Source: Mycobacterium leprae TN
GTDB taxonomy: Bacteria > Actinomycetota > Actinomycetes > Mycobacteriales > Mycobacteriaceae
Assembly (NCBI RefSeq): GCF_000195855.1
Contig: NC_002677.1
Span: forward strand, 1,800,001-1,832,000
Direction of reading: 5' to 3'
Length of the DNA: 32,000 bases
Below the pieces are notes generated by a model. The model was not told the DNA's origin. It was given only the letters and a program-made list of their open reading frames with translations, and made no database searches. Shown here piece after piece: positions 1-10,600 of this stretch. A program made the translations under genes and the position numbers. Each line of letters starts with the position of its first letter. The stretch's first letter is position 1.

Positions 1-182
1 CTGGCACAAAGGTCAGCCAGATCCTCACCACGTGCGGTCATCGCAACGACCGCCTCATCGATATTCAGCGCGAAACCGTCTCGAGCTCGGCGCAATACCC
101 GCCGCAGCGCCGACGTATTAGGCTTGGGTGGAACGACAGGGCGAGAAAGAGCGATGGGCTCCTGGCTTTCAATCAGCGACAC
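1..182 (-). CDS. fbiC: FbiC (F420 biosynthesis, FO synthase), N-terminal part only; gene continues beyond window edge
   Basis: Reverse-strand translation gives [60 protein letters not shown], matching the mycobacterial FbiC N-terminus; in-frame GTG at 182, upstream stop at 206-204; gene order next to PE12/mshB. Confidence 0.82.
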   Translation of the reverse strand, partial: MSLIESQEPIALSRPVVPPKPNTSALRRVLRRARDGFALNIDEAVVAMTARGEDLADLCA

Positions 183-423
183 TTTGGTGTAACTTCCCCA
201 CAATCAAATTCCATCCACGACGTCCCAAACATATTCGCAACACTAGCGCCAAGCCACAGCTGGCACGCGGTCGAGTATCCCGCTGTCATCGCCGCGCAAC
301 GAGCGCTCAGCTAACCGTTTCGCGAATATCTCCGCTAAACAGCCGGAGATCGCGATACAATTCAGTCAATCAGGCACTACTTAGGCGATAGCCGCGCTGC
401 TGCGAACGCACGGGGGATACGGG

Positions 424-1309
424 ATGTCTTTCTGTATTCACCGCGCCAAATGCACTGCTTACTGCTACATCGGACTTAGCAGGTATGGGTTCCACGTTCA
501 GCGCTGCCCACGCCGCAGCGACAGCCCCGAGAACCGGAATACTGGCCGCCGCAGATCAGGCATCGACGCAGATAGCCGCGCTATTCTCTCAGTATACACA
601 GGGATATCGGCGGCTGAGAGCGCAGTTGGCCGCGTTTCATGAGCAATTCGTGCAGGCCGTGAGCACCAGTGCCCGCACATATGCGACGGCCGAGGCCAAC
701 GCCGTGCAAACAAACGCTGGTAAATTCGGTGAACAGACCCACTGAGCTGCTGCTAGGGCACCCGTTGCTCGGCAGCGACGATCACACGGTGGCCAGCAGC
801 CTCTGGTCCAACGTCGCGGAACGCATCGAGAACCTCCTATTAGGCAACGCAGAGGTCGGGTTGACCAGCAACGCCAACTTCAGTTTCCCTAGCGGAGTTA
901 GCCGCGCACCACACTGGCACCAGCGTGCCGGGACACCGATCTACCGGCGGTGCTAGTGGCCCCGCCGCTGCCGGGAACGTCCTGCTAAAGCCGGTGAATC
1001 TGACCAACGCTGCGGCAGTGCCCACGGCAACTGGATCTATCGGCAACGCGATCGATAACCTCATACCTTGGTGTTGGACCATGGGTGCAGTACGGTGTCA
1101 ATCTGCTGTCTTACGTGGTGAGTTGGGTACCCTGGATCGACATCTTGGCACCGCAAATCAACTTTTTATACTACCTGTTCGAGCCCATGGCGCAAAGCGT
1201 CTTGTTCAGCACAATCGACTGGCTAGGCGGAACAATCACCTTCAGTCAAGGGCTGAGTAATTTCTGGGCAGTCACCACAGCGTCGACCAAATCAATTCAT
1301 CCAGGCTGA
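424..1309 (+). pseudogene. PE family protein pseudogene (PE12/Rv1172c-like by position)
   Basis: PE domain spread over frames: SVFTAPNALLTATSDLAGMGSTFSAAHAAATAPRTGILAAADQASTQIAALFSQYTQGYRRLRAQLAAFHEQFVQAVSTSARTYATAEANAVQT, then frameshifted remnants to ...LSNFWAVTTASTKSIHPG. Confidence 0.8.
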
Positions 1310-1369
1310 GATCAACTGGGTGCTTAGTTTCCCTCCCACTGCTGCCGCCCCTCCCGTACACCGATTCCA

Positions 1370-1723
1370 TTAGCCGTAGCGATTACACCGCCAAAGTACA
1401 CACGCCGGCGGCGAAACGCCCAACAAAATCAGCCACAGTGCTCCGGAGGCCATTACACTTTGCCCCGAAACGACATCAACGCCAGGACCACCTAAGCTGA
1501 GTAACCCGACGGTGAGCAGCCACACCCACAAGGGCAACGCAACCAACCACGGTGACCTCGTCCAGAGCCTGGCGGCCCATACCAGCACCGCATTGACCAA
1601 TCCACTGATCAGACCGCTAATGGGAAACGGAACAGAACCGATATAGAGAGGCATCAGCATCGCCCCGACTACTGCAGACAAAACCCCATCGGCAGCAAAA
1701 AGCACCAGGACAACGATGCGCAT
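1370..1723 (-). CDS. Small conserved membrane protein (Rv1171-like), 117 aa
   Basis: Hydrophobic ORF MRIVVLVLFAADGVLSAVVGAMLMPLYIGSVPFPISGL...; adjacent downstream of mshB. Start chosen at internal Met of the 161-aa ORF. Confidence 0.6.
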   Translation of the reverse strand: MRIVVLVLFAADGVLSAVVGAMLMPLYIGSVPFPISGLISGLVNAVLVWAARLWTRSPWLVALPLWVWLLTVGLLSLGGPGVDVVSGQSVMASGALWLILLGVSPPACVLWRCNRYG

Positions 1724-1887
1724 GACAGGCCCTGACGCGGCGCGTAACTGGTTTCGGTCAAGTCGGGACACTGTCGATATACCAGAACACAGATGCGATT
1801 TCCCACGGCAGACTGTCGAGTCGGTCCTGCCAATGCTGCAGGTCGGGGTACACAACCAGTTCCTTCCGCAGATACCTTATTGGCAGT

Positions 1888-2814
1888 TTACCGCGCATCA
1901 AATCCATCCAGACATAGTCCCGCTAGCAAATCAGTTTCCCAACCGCGCTCATCGCGATTTCCCGCGGAGCCGGCGGCGAGAACATAGTGCTCTTGTGCGA
2001 AAATTGGCATCACCATGTTGTTCGACAAGGCACAGGCCCGGCCGGTCGGGCCAACGACGACTTGGGTGGCGTGTGCCGTCAAAGCCGCCGTCTTGGCTGC
2101 CCATACATCTGAGGTTGCTTCGACGACAGCATCTATGTCCTTATCTGAATATCCGAAATAGAACTCTTCACGCGGCGGGATCGTCCACTCGGGCCGCAAA
2201 TCTTTGCCCTGCAGCGCGTTCATCCCAGCTTCAAATGCGCTGAGGGCGAAGACGGACCAGTAGAACTTCGGTACCTTCCACGGCTTGCCCGGGTATTCAT
2301 CGGCACCGACCTCTAGGCCGGCCGCAACGCCAGAAGAAGCCACCGCGGCTGCGGTAATAAAGTGGGTGTGGACATGGTCGGGATGGCCGTACCCCCCGTG
2401 GGGATCATATGTCACCACGACGTGTGGACGCAGTTCGCGGATGATCGCAACCAGGGCCCCGACGGCCTCGTTTTCGTCGGCGTCGATGAACCGCTGACGA
2501 CGCCGCGGCGCGGTGCCGCGCATGCCCGAGTCGCGCCAGCGACCCGCGCCACCAAGATAAATGGGTGCGCTGACCCCCAACGCCCGCAACGCTTCGGTGA
2601 GCTCAAAGATTCGGTAGCCACCGAGTTGGTCCGCATGATCGACGGTGAGCTCCGCCCAGCGGTCCCCGATGACCTCGCCTTCCTCACCGAGTGTGCACGT
2701 GACAACCTGCACTTGCGCCCCACGCGAGGTGTAGTGTGCGATGGTAGCACCGTTGCTGAGGCTCTCATCGTCGGGATGGGCATGCACGAACAGTAGCCGC
2801 GGCGTCTCAGACAT
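1888..2814 (-). CDS. mshB: MshB, GlcNAc-Ins deacetylase (mycothiol biosynthesis), 308 aa
   Basis: LmbE/PIG-L family motifs [17 protein letters not shown]; full-length ORF; position next to Rv1171-like gene. Confidence 0.93.
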   Translation of the reverse strand: MSETPRLLFVHAHPDDESLSNGATIAHYTSRGAQVQVVTCTLGEEGEVIGDRWAELTVDHADQLGGYRIFELTEALRALGVSAPIYLGGAGRWRDSGMRGTAPRRRQRFIDADENEAVGALVAIIRELRPHVVVTYDPHGGYGHPDHVHTHFITAAAVASSGVAAGLEVGADEYPGKPWKVPKFYWSVFALSAFEAGMNALQGKDLRPEWTIPPREEFYFGYSDKDIDAVVEATSDVWAAKTAALTAHATQVVVGPTGRACALSNNMVMPIFAQEHYVLAAGSAGNRDERGWETDLLAGLCLDGFDAR

Positions 2815-3029
2815 GGACGCACCCTAACCGGAACACTAAACGTCGTCGAAAGTCACTTTAATTGCTTCTAATCCCTTACTTAACCCATATAGACGATGTC
2901 AAGTGCTCCGCGCTGCAGCATCCGACAACAGCAAACAGGAAAGCCAGCGGTTACTATCGAAAAATGGTCCAGCCCACCCGAAAGATCCCAAACGTCGGCC
3001 GAAGCCGCTAGTGAGACGAAGTCCTTGAA

Positions 3030-3598
3030 CGTACCCTACTAAAGAAGCGACGTTGGCTGAGCTGGCTAAAGCCGGATACGGCAAGCTAACCACGAAGGGC
3101 GTCGTGGCACAAGCCCACACCGGCAAGGTGGTGTTGTACCACCGCTGAACCAGCAAACATGGCCTGGTACACGCCGCGCTGCGGCACGCGCTACCGTCAT
3201 GGCCCGAACTGTGTATCAGTCGAGTTGGCAAAGAAGAACCTGCAGGTGATGTTTACCGCCCACCCTTGACGTCTAGGCCAACAAAACTGCCTTTCCCGGC
3301 CTGAACATCACAGGACATCACAGGCCAGCTCATTCACGAACCCGAGCTGCGGGGCAGCTTCGTCGACGCCGTGGTGACCCCCGCGTTTGAACATCGTCGA
3401 TTCGATCCTGCAAGTCGCCGTTCACGACAACGACACGACCCAGCCACGTCCATTCCACTAACCGCCCAGACCGGGCCCGCGTTAATTAACCAGCACTTTC
3501 TGCTCACTGGGCTGTCGCCGAACCGACGCGAGCTGACGCTCATCGTCGACACTGTCATCCCGCCAAAAGTAGCAACGGCCGCGGCACAGACTAACTGA
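3030..3598 (+). pseudogene. TetR family transcriptional regulator pseudogene (Rv1167c-like by position)
   Basis: N-terminal HTH remnant TLAELAKAGYGKLTTKGVVAQAHTGKVVLYHR*TSKHGLVHAALRHAL and C-terminal ORF 3371-3598 (...AQTGPALINQHFLLTGLSPNRRELTLIVDTVIPP...), separated by stops/frameshifts. Confidence 0.75.
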
Positions 3599-3620
3599 CC
3601 TAGTTTTTGCGCGATTTTTT

Positions 3621-5495
3621 CTAAGACCCGATTTTGGTCCATTGGCCAGCGTCGCCGACGATACCGATCGGCACCGCTCCAGAAAGGCTGATGTTCTGCA
3701 CACTCGGGCCAGCCACAACGATCGTGGTGTCCTGCAAGATCGGCAACACGGTCGACATGTTCCACAATCGTGGCTCAACCGCGGTGATCACGTCGTTGAT
3801 GTTCTTGCTGCCATTGAGAGCGGCATCGATAGTCGCCTGTATACTATGATCGCAGATGCCAGTGAGATTCGATGGCGCCCGAACTAGCGTGCCGGGCTCG
3901 GGTGAGTGGCTGTTCGGTGGCTGCATCGGCCCAACAGGACCCACGAAACTGGCAGTCGGTGTATTGGAGGTCGACACCTCCGTTGCCTGCAATGCGGGGC
4001 AGCCGTACCGCGAAGCCAGCAACGTCGCCAGGTTTCCACCGGCCTGATGCCAGCCGACGATCGCATCCACCAGGTTATCGTTCAACGCGTCGCGATAAAG
4101 CACCACCGGATCTAGCGCCAGCACCGTGGCGGCGATACCGACATTACGCAACTGGTCGGCGGCCGTGTTAGCCACGGCCACTGACGTTGGATCGTTCGAC
4201 GCGACGCCAATTACCAACGAAAGCTGTTCGCCGTCCTTGCTGATCCGGCCGTGAATGACTTCCAGCGGTCCGGTACTCACCGATGCTGTCGAGTTGGGCG
4301 TCGGCGAAGCCAACGTGATGGGATCGATCTGGAATCCAGACGCAATCAGCAACGCCATAGCCGCTGGCGTGGTCAGCGCCGGTGGCGCGGTCGGTTCATA
4401 GCCAGGGTCACTCGGTGATCGGGTCTGGGCCTGGTCCAACGTCACAGTGTTGTCGCTGCCCGCACCCACAGCGGCAAGCAAGTCAACGTCAAGCAATCCC
4501 AGAATCGCCTTGCGAATCCGGATATCGGCCAACTTGGGCACGTTGGCACGCAACGTGAACTGCATGACCCGCGGCGTCACAATCCGGGCAGTACGCACCC
4601 CGGGAATTGCGGACAACTGGGCAAAGGCGGCGGAGCCGCCATGCACCTGTGCCAGCTGAGTATCACCGTTGCGCACCGAATCGGCCAGTGTGGCTGGCGC
4701 ACCAGCACGGCGGAAAAGGATGAGCCCGGGTTTGGCGGGAGGCCCCCAGTAGCGGTCATTGCGGGCTATCAGGATTTCGTCGCGCTGCGGGTCAATGTTC
4801 TCCACCCGAAACTGTCCGCCAGTGACCGGCAGCGTCCGAGCGAGCCCGGCCGCGAAACCGCCCGGCACGTCCTTAACGATGTGTGCCGGCAGGATATTAC
4901 TGAATAACTCCCGCCAAGCCGGATAGGGTTGCGCGAAGGTGACGACCGCCTGCTTACCGCCCTCAAGTGACTGCACACCAGTGATCAGGTCATATCCTGC
5001 CGGATCGACAACGCCAGGCTGACTGACCATCTGCCGCCACAGGTACCAGAAGTCGTCGGCCGCGATTGGGGCATTGTCAGTCCACTGCGCCTCGGGCCGG
5101 ATCTTGTAGGTCACCGTGAACGGATTTTGGTTGGTGACATCTGCGGACACCAGCACGGTCGGGTCCATGTCCCAGCGTAAGCCGGTAGGCGAGTTGGGAT
5201 CGGTCGCCGGCCGAAATGCGCTCGGCAACACCAGCGCACTGATCGCCGCGTTCACCGCCGACAGATCAGACAGCAGATGCGGGTTGAAGCCAGCACCGAT
5301 CGAGTCGATGCCCATGATGATCTGGGTTATCCGCGGCGGCAGTAGTGAACTTCGCGGCGTTTCGGTGCTTTGCGGCGCCGGTGGCGTGCTGACAGTGCAC
5401 GCCACCAACATCAGATCTACCAGCGAAATCAGCACGCTCATCGTCGTTACAACGCGGCGGGCTCGTCTCGGCACGCCCTTCAGGGTATCGAGCAC
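3621..5495 (-). CDS. lpqW: LpqW-type lipoprotein (periplasmic solute-binding-like fold; PIM/LAM biosynthesis), up to 624 aa
   Basis: Family 5 extracellular solute-binding architecture, N-terminal hydrophobic segment with lipobox-like LMLVAC, adjacent to typA as in Rv1166-Rv1165. True start may be internal (MSVLISLV...). Confidence 0.88.
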   Translation of the reverse strand: MLDTLKGVPRRARRVVTTMSVLISLVDLMLVACTVSTPPAPQSTETPRSSLLPPRITQIIMGIDSIGAGFNPHLLSDLSAVNAAISALVLPSAFRPATDPNSPTGLRWDMDPTVLVSADVTNQNPFTVTYKIRPEAQWTDNAPIAADDFWYLWRQMVSQPGVVDPAGYDLITGVQSLEGGKQAVVTFAQPYPAWRELFSNILPAHIVKDVPGGFAAGLARTLPVTGGQFRVENIDPQRDEILIARNDRYWGPPAKPGLILFRRAGAPATLADSVRNGDTQLAQVHGGSAAFAQLSAIPGVRTARIVTPRVMQFTLRANVPKLADIRIRKAILGLLDVDLLAAVGAGSDNTVTLDQAQTRSPSDPGYEPTAPPALTTPAAMALLIASGFQIDPITLASPTPNSTASVSTGPLEVIHGRISKDGEQLSLVIGVASNDPTSVAVANTAADQLRNVGIAATVLALDPVVLYRDALNDNLVDAIVGWHQAGGNLATLLASRYGCPALQATEVSTSNTPTASFVGPVGPMQPPNSHSPEPGTLVRAPSNLTGICDHSIQATIDAALNGSKNINDVITAVEPRLWNMSTVLPILQDTTIVVAGPSVQNISLSGAVPIGIVGDAGQWTKIGS

Positions 5496-5540
5496 CGATC
5501 CAGCGGACCCAGTGTGCTAGCACAGCGCGCTACACTGGCA

Positions 5541-7427
5541 CTAGCCTCGAACCTTGGCTCGGGCCCGGCCTCGGGCCCGGGCGTTGGATTCCAGTTCGAT
5601 CTTGCGCACCCGCACAATCTCAGGGGTCACCTCAACACATTCGTCGAACGAGCAGAATTCCATCGCCCGCTCCAGGTCCAGCTCGAGCGGTTTGGTCAAC
5701 GTCTCGATGACATTGGCGGTCGATGACCGCATGTTGGTCAGCTTTTTCTCACGAGTAACATTGATATCGAGATCTTCCGGACGAGGGTTGATTCCGACGA
5801 CCATACCTTGGTAAGTGTCCTGGCCAGGCGACACGAAGAACTGACCCCGATCGGCAAGTTGGAGCAGAGCAAACGGCGTAATAGTACCCGGCCGGTCGGA
5901 AACCAGCGACCCCGTATCCCTGGCTCGGATCTCACCGGCCCACGGCCGATAGCTGTCGAACACAGCGTTAGCAATACCGGTGCCGCGTGTGAGGGTGAGG
6001 AAGTCGGTACGGAAGCCAATCAAGCCACGGCTGGGCACGATGAAGTCCATTCGCACCCAGCCCACAGCATGGTTGGCCATCTCCTCCATGCGGCCCTTAC
6101 GGCCGGCCATCAACTGGGTGATCGCGCCGACGAACTCCTCGGGACAGTCGATCGTCATCACCTCGAATGGTTCGTGCAGTTTGCCATCGATCGTACGGGT
6201 GACCACCTGCGGCTTGCCGACCGTAAGCTCGAACCCTTCCCGACGCATCGTCTCAACAAGCACTGCCAACGCAAGCTCACCTCGGCCCTGCACCTCCCAC
6301 GCATCGGGCCGTCCTATGTCCACCACACGGATCGAGATGTTGCCGACCAACTCAGCGTCCAGGCGGCCACGAACCATCCGCGCAGTCAACTTGTGGCCCG
6401 ACACCTTGCCCGCCAGGGGCGAGGTATTGGTGCCGATCGTCACCGAGATAGCCGGCTCGTCTACGGTGATACGCGGTAGTGCATGAGCATGCTCGGGATC
6501 GGCCAACGTGTCACCGATCATGATCTCGGGCAGTCCCGCTACGGCTACGATATCCCCTGCCGTCGCTTCCTCTGTAGTGCTGCGCTCGACACCTTTGGTG
6601 ACCAGCAACTCAGTGATCTTGGCGTCGGTGGTGACAGGCAGCCCGTCCACTTCACGCATCCAAGCCACCTGCTGCCCCTTGCGCAGCTTGCCGTTATAGA
6701 TGCGGACCAAAGCAAGCCGACCGAGGAAGGCCGAGGCGTCCAAGTTAGTCACCAACGCCTGCAACGGCGCTTCGGGGTCACCCTTCGGCGACGGGATGTG
6801 CTCCATCAGCACGTCGAACAAGGGGTCGAGGTTGTCGCCCGTGGGCACAGCACCGTCAGCAGGCTGCTCGGTGCTGGCGATGCCGGCACGCCCGGACGCA
6901 TACAACGTCGGCAGACCCAGCGCACGCTCGGCGGCCGCAGCCGCTTCCTCGTCAAGATCGGATGCGACGTCAAGCAACAGGTCGTGGCTGGCTTCCACCA
7001 CCTCGGCGATGCGTGCGTCGGGACGATCTGTCTTGTTAACTACCAGAATCACCGGCAAATGCGCAGCCAGCGTCTTGCGCAGCACGAACCGCGTCTGCGG
7101 CAGCGGCCCTTCGGAGGCATCGACCAGCAACAACACCCCATCCACCATAGACAGCCCGCGTTCCACTTCACCGCCGAAGTCGGCATGGCCAGGCGTGTCG
7201 ATAACATTGATCACCGTCACCGTACCGTCCGAATTGTGACAATGTACGGCCGTGTTTTTGGCCAGGATTGTGATGCCTTTTTCCCGTTCCAAGTCACCGG
7301 TATCCATCACGCGTTCCTGGACTTGACCGCGTTCGTGTAGCGCGCCGGACTGGCGTAGCATCGCGTCAACCAGCGTGGTTTTGCCGTGGTCGACGTGCGC
7401 GACAATGGCGACATTGCGGAATGGCAC
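5541..7427 (-). CDS. typA: TypA/BipA GTPase, 628 aa
   Basis: G motifs [33 protein letters not shown]; starting at GTG 7427 gives [28 protein letters not shown]..., the length expected for mycobacterial TypA. The 719-aa ORF in the track runs upstream into narI remnant. Confidence 0.95.
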   Translation of the reverse strand: MPFRNVAIVAHVDHGKTTLVDAMLRQSGALHERGQVQERVMDTGDLEREKGITILAKNTAVHCHNSDGTVTVINVIDTPGHADFGGEVERGLSMVDGVLLLVDASEGPLPQTRFVLRKTLAAHLPVILVVNKTDRPDARIAEVVEASHDLLLDVASDLDEEAAAAAERALGLPTLYASGRAGIASTEQPADGAVPTGDNLDPLFDVLMEHIPSPKGDPEAPLQALVTNLDASAFLGRLALVRIYNGKLRKGQQVAWMREVDGLPVTTDAKITELLVTKGVERSTTEEATAGDIVAVAGLPEIMIGDTLADPEHAHALPRITVDEPAISVTIGTNTSPLAGKVSGHKLTARMVRGRLDAELVGNISIRVVDIGRPDAWEVQGRGELALAVLVETMRREGFELTVGKPQVVTRTIDGKLHEPFEVMTIDCPEEFVGAITQLMAGRKGRMEEMANHAVGWVRMDFIVPSRGLIGFRTDFLTLTRGTGIANAVFDSYRPWAGEIRARDTGSLVSDRPGTITPFALLQLADRGQFFVSPGQDTYQGMVVGINPRPEDLDINVTREKKLTNMRSSTANVIETLTKPLELDLERAMEFCSFDECVEVTPEIVRVRKIELESNARARGRARAKVRG

Positions 7428-7484
7428 GTCGGTGATTGTGGCAGGTGCAGATTGCCGGCTCTCCCCCGCATGCGGAAATACCCC

Positions 7485-8240
7485 ACCTCGGTCCGCTCGA
7501 CGGCCCGCACCGCCGCCCAGCGCAGAGGGCCCAAAGCGCAAACCTGAGCTATTCGTGCTTCTGGACCAACTCACGACTGCGGTACACCAAATAACTACAA
7601 GGCCGAAACAGATAGCCGAGCGGCTCGCTGAATGTGTACACCAGCCGGGTACAGGCCACAAAACGTGGGGCAAAGTAGCACGTGTGCGTGTTATTAACAT
7701 ACCAAGGCGCCTGCGACATCAGATCACCGCACGGGTCCAGAGACCGTAACCAGATCGACCCTGTCTGGCGGCAGTCGTGCACCGCGCCATAGTGCGTAGC
7801 GCCTACCAGAGTACAGTCCGGACCGGCCGCCAGCGGCACACACCAGCACTAGGTACATCAACTTGTCGCTGCGGGTGGTGGCCATGAACACCGCGCTACG
7901 AGTGCGGCGCCGGTTGATCAGCAGCGCAATACCGGTCAGAGCAGCAAGGCCGGCTGGTGCGCCGAACAGCAGCGACTGCAGGTGGTAAAGGTGATCGCTC
8001 ATCCCAAGCGCCTCAATACCAAGACTCCGGAATAAACAGACCCACTACGTGGCCCAATCATCACCATCAGGCTGCCGAAGTGAAACATCGGACTGTCAAT
8101 CGAAAGACAACAAAACAACTTTGATTCACCACGTTGCGACAAATGTTTGGTTAAGCCGAACTTGTCGTAACGATACCACCCCCAGCCGGGGATCCCTGCG
8201 ATCGCCAGCACAAGGTAGAGCATATCGTCTCAGAAGATCT
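7485..8240 (-). pseudogene. narI: Respiratory nitrate reductase gamma subunit pseudogene
   Basis: Fragments MLYLVLAIAGIPGWGWYRYDKFGLT (7999-8223), LYHLQSLLFGAPAGLAALTGIALLINRRRT...VFMATTRSDKLMYLVL (7724-8002) and TRLVYTFSEPLGYLFRP...VYRSRELVQKHE (7549-7839) in different frames; position between typA and narJ. Confidence 0.82.
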
Positions 8241-8272
8241 TGAGTAACTGCATGCGCATCCAGGCTACCCTA

Positions 8273-8886
8273 CTATCTGCGCTTCGGCGGCACACTCAAG
8301 GTCAATCGTTGCAAACCAACGGCCTCCGCGGGAGTGCTGGCTTGCGCCAAGCGCTGCGCCCTGAAGATTTCCTGATTGATTGCTGCCAGCAAGGTCTCGT
8401 AGACCGCGGTAATAACGTATTCATAGAGCGAATTGACTTCGGATAGGGCGCCCGGCAGCATGTCGATCGGAATCCGATGCTCGGTGAATAACCGGCACCC
8501 GACGTCGTGGTCGACAGTGGCAGTCAATTCCAGCACGAAAAGCAGTTGATCCGGAGCCTCGGCGTGCGGCAGCACAACACCAGCATCCCGATAGGCGTTG
8601 GCAAACTTCAACATTTCGCCATCTCGATTGCGGAGTCCCCGGCAGTCCAGTACGTCCAGTACATGATGGTGCGTCGGCGCATGTCGAAGGTCTCTACGTA
8701 ATCTGTCACGCCGGCCATCAGCTCGCATGCATCCACTGCAGCGACTGTCCGTTCCAGCAACTCCGTCGCAGGACCGTTTATATGACCCAGCAGCTCCTCG
8801 ACGATGTCGAGGAGCTGCTGGGTCATAGCCTCATCGAGATAAGCCAATAGCAACAAAGCCGACTGCCACACAAGCCGACCCCACAT
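8273..8886 (-). pseudogene. narJ: Nitrate reductase assembly chaperone (delta) pseudogene
   Basis: ORF 8608-8886 (...DIVEELLGHINGPATELLERTVAAVDACELMAGVTDYVETFDMRRRTIMYWTYWTAGDS) and ORF 8273-8728 (...HAEAPDQLLFVLELTATVDHDVGCRLFTEHRIPIDMLPGAL...) in separate frames; NarJ-like and in nar gene order. Confidence 0.8.
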
Positions 8887-8919
8887 CGTGCAGACATCCG
8901 AACGTTACCGGACACTGAG

Positions 8920-10600
8920 CAACATCATCATGTGACCACTTCGGTGTCGGGCTCGGGATACAGGCCTGCGGGCATGCCGCCCCAATTGAACAGTTCACTC
9001 GGGAATGACCGCCCTCACCGTGCCCAACTGCCGTTCCGGCTTCGTCAATCTGACTTTTTGCAAGGCATGAAAGGTCTCCATGGTGACCGGAACCGGGGCA
9101 CTGCTGTCCTCACCGAAGGGACCGAATTCATACATACCCGGTCCGCAGTCAAAAGATAACGAAAACCTCAATTTCGTTGGCCCCAAGCAGAATGAGTCAC
9201 CACCGGCAGCTCCGCAGCATACAACGTCAGAGTCAGAATAACGTAGCGCTCTATCATATTTCGCTATAACCAACAGCCGGTACATCTAATACATCTGCTC
9301 TTCGGACATACCGACAGGGTGCGGTATGTGTGCGGTGGAGTTGCACAGCCCAGATTGATGTCAAGCATATAGGACCGCATCGCCGGCAACCGCCCGAAGC
9401 ACCCGTTCAACGACCGCGGTGTCACCGGAGATAAACAGTTCGGCCAGGTACTGCATCAGGATGCGCAGTGCGGCCAGCGCGCCGAACAAGCTACCTAGAT
9501 CCTCCCCGTCGTGGCTACCCGCGTAGACCACCGATAACAGGGGCGGAAAACACCAGACTATCAGAATAGCCCGGTACTCCGAGTGCAGTAAAAGCGCCAG
9601 AAGGTAAGTGTTGATCACTGCGTATACCAGTGACCGCCGGGCAATCTCGATCCACTCGGCCAAGATAGGCTTGACCCACGTACCGGCAATCGCGTCGGGA
9701 CTGCGCGGGTTCAAGAAGATCGGACGTTACATCTTAAATACAGGTTCCTTACCGTTTTCCACTGACGCCGCCTCGAGCGCCCGGCCGACGTCATAGAGCA
9801 TCATCCGAAGCAACGTAGCTGGCCCCACGCACCTCCCTCAGCAACCCGACCGCAATGCGCGGATAGCACAACGTGGACTATTCGGCCTTGCCAGTCTCAT
9901 AGCTGAGATATACACCTTCTTGTAAGGACACCTGGAGACACACATCCCCGAACCAAGGCAGCGGTCCTAGTCAAGGATAGTAATACCATCCTTGATGCAC
10001 TTGTACATCTTCCCCGAAGGACCACGAGGCCACGCACGACAATTCAGGCATTGCTCGCAGATTCGCGACAGGTAGAACATGAAGGTCTATTCGAGCTTAA
10101 GCTTGACTTCAGGCACTAAGCCTTTTCAGGATCGAGTCGTGGGGCACAATCTACGGCTACCCCGCGAGATTATCGTCCCAGTTCGAGCCTCAAGACACCT
10201 TCATCGGCCTGGCGGTAATCAGGCTACGCGGTAGCGCCGTCGGGAAGGTGTCCCCAGCCAGTTCCTGCGTCAGGTTTCCGTAGCCGTAGGTCCACGGCTC
10301 GTAGTAGTCGATAGTGGGCCAGTTGGGGTTAGCTAAGATCCATACAGCTTAGCCAAGCGGCCGCCGTAGCGTAGCCGCAACCGGCCCTTCTGGTCCGCTT
10401 ACCCATCCCCACCCTACCGAGTCTTGGTCCTCATAGGTGCGCGGATAGCCGACAACCAGCCAGGTTTCGACGTTGTCGAACCACACGTATTCGTTACCGT
10501 AACGATTGGTAAACGCCTGCTTATAGGTTACCGAGCAGGTATGTCAGCCAATGCATTTATCGAGGTTAATCACCATGGACATCTGCGCCATAACCTTCAC
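8920..10600 (-). pseudogene. narH: Respiratory nitrate reductase beta (Fe-S) subunit pseudogene
   Basis: N-terminus (V)KVMAQMSMVINLDKCIG*HTCSVTYKQAFTNRYGNEYVWFDNVETW, with internal stop; C-terminal fragments such as ALRILMQYLAELFISGDTAVVERVLRAVAG (9361-9714) in other frames. Confidence 0.85.

Noticed and set aside
128-391. 87-aa forward ORF at the left edge
   Set aside because: Overlaps fbiC N-terminal coding on the opposite strand and shows no family signature.
5808-7340. Long + strand ORFs (223, 168, 285 aa) opposite typA
   Set aside because: Antisense shadow ORFs of a strongly conserved GC-rich gene; no protein-family character.
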